From NCBI GenBank assembly GCA_017435255.1, contig JAFSFI010000001.1:40055-104054 (forward strand): 64,000 nucleotides of DNA, given 5' to 3'. The stretch is from Bacilli bacterium. Lineage in GTDB: Bacteria > Bacillota_I > Bacilli_A > RF39 > UBA660. Position 1 is the stretch's first letter. Every line of letters begins with the position of its first letter. Shown here piece after piece: positions 58,175 through 64,000 of the stretch. A model generated the notes under the pieces. That model worked only from the letters and a program-made list of their open reading frames with translations, was not told where the DNA came from and searched no databases. Position numbers and translations under genes: made by a program.

Positions 58175-60853
58175 ATGAGACAAATGAGTAGTACAGAGAT
58201 AAGAAATATGTGGTTTAAGTTCTTTGAATCGAAAGGACATAAAATATTAGAAAGTGCACCACTAGTACCAATAGATGATGACAGTCTTTTATTTATAAAT
58301 GCTGGAGTAGCACCACTTAAAAAATATTTTGATGGTAGTGTGGTACCAGATAACAAAAGATTATCGAGTGTTCAAAAATGTATTCGTACTAATGATATAG
58401 ATAATGTAGGAGTTACTAAAAGACACCAAACATTCTTTGAAATGATGGGAAATTTTTCAATCGGTGACTATTTCAAAAACGAAGCACTCGAATTTGCTTT
58501 TGAACTATTAACAGGAGAAGAATGGTTTGCTATTCCAAAAGAAAAAATATATGTAACAGTATATTCAAAAGATGATGAGGCATTTAATAAATGGGTATCT
58601 CTAGGTCTTGATCCTAGTCATATTGCAAGACTTGAAGGTAACTTTTGGGAAATAGGAGAAGGACCTTGTGGACCGGACAGCGAAATATTCTTTGATAGAG
58701 GAAGCGAATACGATGATGGGAATGCGCTAGCTCATTTTATGATGGATGAAGACCAAGAGCGTTATGTAGAAATTTGGAATAATGTATTTAGTCAGTTTAA
58801 TTCTAAAAGTGGAATGTCTCGTGACGAATATCCTGAGCTTCCAAATAAAAATATAGATACGGGAGCAGGACTAGAGAGATGGTGCTGTATATTCCAAGGA
58901 GTTGATTCTAACTTTGAAACTGACTTGTTTGTACCATTAATTAAAAGAATAGAAGAACTTACTGGAAAAGAGTATCATGGAGAAATGCCTTATAAAGTTA
59001 TTGCAGATCACATAAGAGCTATAACTATGGCTTTAACGGACGGGGCAATATTTGAAAATACAGGCAGAGGTTACGTATTAAGAAGACTTCTTCGTAGAAG
59101 TGTTAGAATGGGTAAAAAACTAGGCATGAATGAACCATTTATTTATAAGCTAGTAGATACAGTAGCAGAAATTATGGGAGAAAGTTATAAAGAAGTTGAA
59201 GATGGCAAAGGTTTTGTTAAAACACTTGTATTACAAGAAGAAGAATTGTTTTATAAAACTCTTGAACAAGGTGAAAGAAGATTATTAGAATTAATAGAAG
59301 AGTCGGTTGATAAAACAATTTCTGGTTATGATGCGTTTAAACTATATGATACATATGGATTCCCTTTTGAATTAACATTAGAATATTTACAAGAAGTAGG
59401 TTTTACTACTTCAAGAGAAGAATTTGATAAATATATGACTGAAGCTAAACAACTAGCTAAAAGTAATAGAAAAGATAATGCGAATATGAATATTCAAAAT
59501 GAAGCCTTGTTAAATTTTCATGAAGAAAGCACATTCTTATATGGTACCTATGAAACAAATTCTAAAGTAATCGGATTATTCGATGGAAATAACTTTGTTA
59601 ATAGTTTAGACAAATCTGGTTATATAGTACTAGATAAGACATGTTTTTATGCTACTAGTGGTGGACAAGTTAATGATATTGGTACTATTAATAATAGTAG
59701 TTTTGATGCTAATGTAATAGATGTTATTAAAGCGCCTAATGGGCAACACTTACACAAAGTAGAATTAAATAATGGAATTGTTTCTGTTGGTGATGAATGC
59801 TTTGTTTCAATAGATAAAGTTAAAAGAGACTCCACAGCTAGAAATCATAGTAGTGTTCATATTCTACAAAAATCTCTACAAGAGGTATTATCAAATAACA
59901 TTCACCAAGCAGGTAGTTATGTAGATAATGAAAGATTAAGATTTGATTTTACTTTTACTGGTAAGATTATGGAAAATGAAATTATTGAAGTAGAAAGAGT
60001 TTGTAATGAAAAAATACTTCAAAATAATGATGTTGTGGTTCAAGAAATGAGCCTTGACGAAGCCAAAAAACTAGGTGCGATGGCATTATTTAGTGAAAAA
60101 TATAAAGATGTAGTACGTGTTGTTACTATTGGAGACTCTATTGAATTGTGTGGTGGTACTCATGTATCTAATACTAGTGATATTAATCGTCTTGCTATAG
60201 TTAAACTAGAGTCTAAAGGAAGTAATGTATACAGAATAGAAGCTGCTACAAATGATAATATTTCAAGGGAAGTTGCAGAAGTAATAAAAAATTATGTAGA
60301 AGAAATCAAAAAATTATTAGACAAAGCTAAAAACATTCTAGAGCTAGCAAAAGAAGAAGGAATAGCCCTTGCTTTTGATGTAGTGCTAGAGCAAACATCT
60401 TTATCTTCTTACCAAGATATTATTTCTAATAAAAATCAACTTGAATATATTCAAAAAGAGGTTAAAGAATTAGAAAAAAAATATAATGAAGAAAAACTAA
60501 ATAAATCAGTAAGTAATCTTGATAGTTTCTTAAATAGTGTTGAAGATATTAATAATCAGAAAGTAATTATTGCTAAAGTAGATAATTATGACATGGAAGT
60601 TTTAAAAGGAATTATAGATAATTTAATGGTTAAATTAGAAAAAGGATTAGTTTTTATTGCTAATGTACATGAAAACAATGTTAATTTTGTATGTCGAAGC
60701 AATATTTCTACACCAGCTGGACTGTTAGTAAAAAATGCATCCATTAAATCATTAGGTAATGGTGGAGGTTCGCCTACATTTGCTCAAGGAGGAGGAAAAA
60801 CGATAGAATTCCTTGATGAAATATTTAACGATATCAAAAATGAAATTAAATAG
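58175..60853 (+). CDS. alaS: Alanyl-tRNA synthetase
   Basis: LLFINAGVAPLK, RHQTFFEMMGNFS, GPCGPDSEI, IDTGAGLER, NHSSVH, ELCGGTHV, GGGSPTFAQGGG. Confidence 0.98.
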   Translation: MRQMSSTEIRNMWFKFFESKGHKILESAPLVPIDDDSLLFINAGVAPLKKYFDGSVVPDNKRLSSVQKCIRTNDIDNVGVTKRHQTFFEMMGNFSIGDYFKNEALEFAFELLTGEEWFAIPKEKIYVTVYSKDDEAFNKWVSLGLDPSHIARLEGNFWEIGEGPCGPDSEIFFDRGSEYDDGNALAHFMMDEDQERYVEIWNNVFSQFNSKSGMSRDEYPELPNKNIDTGAGLERWCCIFQGVDSNFETDLFVPLIKRIEELTGKEYHGEMPYKVIADHIRAITMALTDGAIFENTGRGYVLRRLLRRSVRMGKKLGMNEPFIYKLVDTVAEIMGESYKEVEDGKGFVKTLVLQEEELFYKTLEQGERRLLELIEESVDKTISGYDAFKLYDTYGFPFELTLEYLQEVGFTTSREEFDKYMTEAKQLAKSNRKDNANMNIQNEALLNFHEESTFLYGTYETNSKVIGLFDGNNFVNSLDKSGYIVLDKTCFYATSGGQVNDIGTINNSSFDANVIDVIKAPNGQHLHKVELNNGIVSVGDECFVSIDKVKRDSTARNHSSVHILQKSLQEVLSNNIHQAGSYVDNERLRFDFTFTGKIMENEIIEVERVCNEKILQNNDVVVQEMSLDEAKKLGAMALFSEKYKDVVRVVTIGDSIELCGGTHVSNTSDINRLAIVKLESKGSNVYRIEAATNDNISREVAEVIKNYVEEIKKLLDKAKNILELAKEEGIALAFDVVLEQTSLSSYQDIISNKNQLEYIQKEVKELEKKYNEEKLNKSVSNLDSFLNSVEDINNQKVIIAKVDNYDMEVLKGIIDNLMVKLEKGLVFIANVHENNVNFVCRSNISTPAGLLVKNASIKSLGNGGGSPTFAQGGGKTIEFLDEIFNDIKNEIK

Positions 60854-60861
60854 AAAAAACC

Positions 60862-61260
60862 TTATAAAAAATTGTTTTCTACTTCTGCTGTTTGGAAATT
60901 AGTATCGTTGTAATTAGTTAACACAACATAAAGACCGATTATTGCAACAGCAAGAGATAAATAAGAGGCGCCAATTTGTAATTTTAGCGAAGAGGTATCT
61001 TGATTGGTTATTTCAGCCAAATTATAACTTTGATAGTTTAAATATAATGAGTAGAAGACTACAAATATAAAAATTAATTTAGTAAGAAGAGCTAAATTTT
61101 GGGAATCATTGTCATTTAAAAAACCATCTTTCCCGTTAGCTTTTTCTTTTTGATCTAAAATAATAATTATTCCTAAAATAATTCCTACAATAGATAAAAT
61201 ACTATTTAATAATTGTCCATCTATTATATGGTTTTTAATATTTTTAAGTTCATTATTCAT
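60862..61260 (-). CDS. Small three-TM membrane protein, unknown function
   Basis: Three hydrophobic helices. ATG at 61260 preferred over 61302, but no clear RBS. Confidence 0.65.
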   Translation of the reverse strand: MNNELKNIKNHIIDGQLLNSILSIVGIILGIIIILDQKEKANGKDGFLNDNDSQNLALLTKLIFIFVVFYSLYLNYQSYNLAEITNQDTSSLKLQIGASYLSLAVAIIGLYVVLTNYNDTNFQTAEVENNFL

Positions 61261-61366
61261 ATAAAAATATATGTATTTAAAATTGGTTTTTAACCGAAAC
61301 AATATAAATTTATATTGATATTCTTGATTTTTTTATATATTTGATTTAAAATACAAGTAACTTCTA

Positions 61367-61555
61367 TGTAAGAAGAGTAGTTATAATTGTTTTTTTAGAG
61401 AAAGTATGGTTGGTGAAAATACTTATAATATTTATAATGAAGACACTTACACTAGTTAGAAGCGTATATCTGCGTTAAGGATTTTAAAGCATATTAATTA
61501 TGGAATTAAGGTGGCACCGCGATATTTTATCGCCCTTATAGGTGACGCCTTTTTA
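61367..61555 (+). ncRNA. T-box riboswitch for the hisS-aspS operon, probably Asp specifier (GAC)
   Basis: AAGAGTA, AGAGAA, GGTGAAA, GAAGACAC (GAC 61442-44; CAC 61444-46 is the alternative), T-box AAGGTGGCACCGCG at 61508-61521. Confidence 0.9.
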
Positions 61556-61570
61556 TTTTAGGAGGGTAAC

Positions 61571-62101
61571 ATGAATTATTTTAAACCAAAAACAAAGTAT
61601 TATATTGTCGATATTTTATCAAAAGGCAATGAAGAGTTAGAATTTTATGGAACAAATATTTATGAATATGTAAAAGAAACTTTTCCTGTTTTATATGATT
61701 TAGAACAAGAAAGACAAAATCTTTTGCGTATGGGTATAAAACAAAATAGTGAGGATTATAGGCAACATGTTAAATTGATGCACTTTGCATTGCGATATTT
61801 AAATTTACCTCGTTATCTATTAGCAAGTGGTGATAATGATATATTTGCAATTGAACCAGTTACTGGAAATAAGATTGAAACCATGGATAAAGATGTATAT
61901 ACTCTAGAAGATAGACGAGTAAGTGATGTTAATTTAGAAAACTATTATGTTTCTAATTATGAAGAAAAAGCAAGAAACTTCTTTGAACCTACACTTGAAA
62001 CTCAAAGAAGAGCAAAATTAAGTATAGAACATTTAGCGATGATAAAAGTAAAGCAAGATATTTATAATAGAAAAAGTGTAAGAATATTAAGGAAAGGGTG
62101 A
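61571..62101 (+). CDS. Hypothetical soluble protein (orphan) between the T-box and hisS
   Basis: RBS AGGAGGG; stop overlaps the hisS start (GTGA). Confidence 0.8.
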   Translation: MNYFKPKTKYYIVDILSKGNEELEFYGTNIYEYVKETFPVLYDLEQERQNLLRMGIKQNSEDYRQHVKLMHFALRYLNLPRYLLASGDNDIFAIEPVTGNKIETMDKDVYTLEDRRVSDVNLENYYVSNYEEKARNFFEPTLETQRRAKLSIEHLAMIKVKQDIYNRKSVRILRKG

Positions 62102-63630
62102 AAAAAATGATAATTAAACCAAAAGGATGCCATGATATATATGGTATAGAAGGGAAAAAATGGCAGTATGTTAACAAAGTTATTGATTCGTTAATGGAAA
62201 AATACAATTATGAATTTATTCGTACTCCAATATTTGAATCGAGTGAAGTGTTTCATAGAGGAATGGGTAACACTACTGATGTAGTTACTAAAGAAACATA
62301 TGATTTTACAGATAGAGGAGATCGTAAAATGACTTTACGTCCAGAAGGTACTGCGGGTATTGTTAGAAGCTATATAGAGAATAAAATGTATGGGAATATG
62401 CCTAATCCTGTAAAATTATATTACAACGGAACTATGTATCGATATGAGCGCCCTCAATCAGGAAGAGATAGAGAACTTACTCAATTTGGTATTGAATTAT
62501 TAGGTAGTGATGATCCATATAGTGATTCAGAAGTAATATCAGTAGCGGTGAATCTATATAAAATGTTAGGACTAAGAGAAATTAAAGTTAAGATTAATTC
62601 GTTGGGAGATAATGAGTCTAGAAATAATTATAGGGAAGCGTTAAAAGATTATTTCCGCCCATATTTAAGCGAATTGTGCCCTGATTGTAAAGAAAGATTT
62701 GAAAAAAATCCTTTACGAATCTTGGATTGTAAAGTAGACAAAGATAATGAAATATTAAAGAATGCTCCAATTACTCTTGATTATTTAAATGAAGAGAGTA
62801 AAGAAAGATTCGATAAAGTTAGAGAATATTTAGAGGCGTTAGAAGTAGATTACGAAATAGATCCTAAGTTAGTAAGAGGACTTGATTACTATAACCACAC
62901 AGTATTTGAAATCGAAGCTCATGTAGAAGGATTTGGCTCAAATAATGTACTAGGTGCAGGGGGAAGATATAATGGTCTTGTTGAGCTGTTGGGAGGACCA
63001 TCTACACCAGGTGTTGGTTTTGCTTGTGGTATAGGTAGACTTATAATGGCTCTTGATCTAGAAAATATTAAATTACCAATCAAAGAAGATATAGAAGTAT
63101 TTGTTATGTATGTATCTGATACAGAGAAGAATTATGCAGCTACTTTAGTACAAAGCCTTAGAATGAGCGGATTTAGAGTAGAAACAGAATATACTGGAAG
63201 AAGTCTAAAAGCGCAATTCAAACAAGCAGATAGATTAGGTGCTAAATATTTAATTATCTTAAATGATGAAGACTTAAGACGTAATGAATTAAAAATTAAA
63301 AATAATAAGACTAAAGAAGAAGTAACTATAGGACTTGATTATTTACTATACTATCTGGATGAAGTTTTATTAGAAGATGAAATAGAATATAAGGAGGAAG
63401 AATATATGGAAAGATGTACTTGTGGAGATGAATGCAACTGTACTGAAGAAAAACACTGCGGTTGTATGGGAGAACACAACTGCAATTGTGGTGAACATTG
63501 TGAATGCACTCATGAAGATAATTGTGGATGCTTAGACGGTTGTGATTGCGATGATGATTGTTGCTGTGGACATAATGAACACGAATGTCATTGTGGAGAA
63601 GATTGTAAATGCCATCATGAAGGAGAGTAA
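62098..63630 (+). CDS. hisS: Histidyl-tRNA synthetase with C-terminal metallothionein-like extension
   Basis: TPIFES, LRPEGTA, RYERPQSGR.RE, LVRGLDYYN, GGRYNGL, KAQFKQAD; then a 74-aa Cys/His-rich tail. Confidence 0.97.
   Translation: MKKMIIKPKGCHDIYGIEGKKWQYVNKVIDSLMEKYNYEFIRTPIFESSEVFHRGMGNTTDVVTKETYDFTDRGDRKMTLRPEGTAGIVRSYIENKMYGNMPNPVKLYYNGTMYRYERPQSGRDRELTQFGIELLGSDDPYSDSEVISVAVNLYKMLGLREIKVKINSLGDNESRNNYREALKDYFRPYLSELCPDCKERFEKNPLRILDCKVDKDNEILKNAPITLDYLNEESKERFDKVREYLEALEVDYEIDPKLVRGLDYYNHTVFEIEAHVEGFGSNNVLGAGGRYNGLVELLGGPSTPGVGFACGIGRLIMALDLENIKLPIKEDIEVFVMYVSDTEKNYAATLVQSLRMSGFRVETEYTGRSLKAQFKQADRLGAKYLIILNDEDLRRNELKIKNNKTKEEVTIGLDYLLYYLDEVLLEDEIEYKEEEYMERCTCGDECNCTEEKHCGCMGEHNCNCGEHCECTHEDNCGCLDGCDCDDDCCCGHNEHECHCGEDCKCHHEGE
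63406..63630 (+). CDS. Nested in-frame metallothionein-like ORF with its own RBS
   Basis: AAGGAGG at 63391-63397, ATG at 63406; 74 aa with 21 Cys and 9 His. Confidence 0.6.
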   Translation: MERCTCGDECNCTEEKHCGCMGEHNCNCGEHCECTHEDNCGCLDGCDCDDDCCCGHNEHECHCGEDCKCHHEGE

Positions 63631-63635
63631 TATAA

Positions 63636-64000
63636 ATGAAAAAATATAACAATATAGAATTTAACATAAATAATGTAGGGGATGAAGTTGAATTATATGG
63701 TTGGGTTGCTAAAAAAAGAAATTTAGGTGGACTAATATTTATAGATTTAAGAGATAGAAGCGGTATTATTCAACTTGCTTTAAGACCTGAAAACAAATGT
63801 TATGAATTGGCTGAATCTTTAAGAAATGAATATGTAATTAAAGTAATTGGGAGAATCGTAGAAAGAGAAAGCAAAAATTTAAATATACCAACAGGTGAAA
63901 TTGAAGTAGATGTAGAACAATTAGAATTGATAAATACAAGTGCAGATTTGCCGTTTACAATATCAGAAGATACTACAGCACTTGAAGATACTAGACTAAA
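63636..64000 (+). CDS. aspS: Aspartyl-tRNA synthetase (5' part; runs off the window)
   Basis: MKKYNN..GWVAKKRNLGGLIFIDLRDRSGIIQL, LRNEYVI, PTGEIEV; RBS AAGGAG. Confidence 0.95.
   Translation, partial: MKKYNNIEFNINNVGDEVELYGWVAKKRNLGGLIFIDLRDRSGIIQLALRPENKCYELAESLRNEYVIKVIGRIVERESKNLNIPTGEIEVDVEQLELINTSADLPFTISEDTTALEDTRL

Noticed and set aside
301-63667. Many 60-150 aa antisense ORFs in the track (e.g. 301..516, 14965..15189, 29816..30280, 54775..55167, 63326..63667)
   Set aside because: They lie opposite well-supported genes, lack an RBS and have shadow-frame composition.
1-64000. Mollicute genetic code 4
   Set aside because: TGA terminates conserved genes at their expected ends (rhomboid, dnaG, trmK), and peptidoglycan genes are present.

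Overview
Very AT-rich bacterial chromosome segment using genetic code 11 (TGA is a stop, TGG is Trp). Most genes are on the + strand. Gene order follows Bacillus-type synteny (ftsK-ymfF-ymfH; ireB-ruvX-DUF1292-mltG-trmR-trhP1-trhP2-greA; polA-mutM; dnaG-sigA-trmK; recD2-AI-2E-alaS; hisS-aspS). The style of the accessory genes suggests a reduced-genome, uncultured gut Bacilli lineage such as RF39; this is inference, not proven. Main points of interest: (1) a tandemly duplicated surface module between topA and polA, each copy comprising a membrane-anchored protein, a large-headed VirB2/TrbC-like pilin and a VirB6/TrbL-like protein with a coiled-coil repeat tail, with no ATPase, relaxase or integrase in the window; (2) a 74-aa, 21-Cys metallothionein-like domain fused in frame to HisRS that keeps its own strong ribosome-binding site; (3) two T-box riboswitches that each have a non-synthetase gene inserted ahead of the aminoacyl-tRNA synthetase; (4) the alternative MurL/MurD2 peptidoglycan route; (5) a ~307-aa orphan gene split by two -1 frameshifts; (6) small ORFs missed by the ORF track, including a YjcZ-like sporulation peptide. 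No rRNA, tRNA, CRISPR array or transposase was seen. All family assignments come from motif recognition, not database searches.
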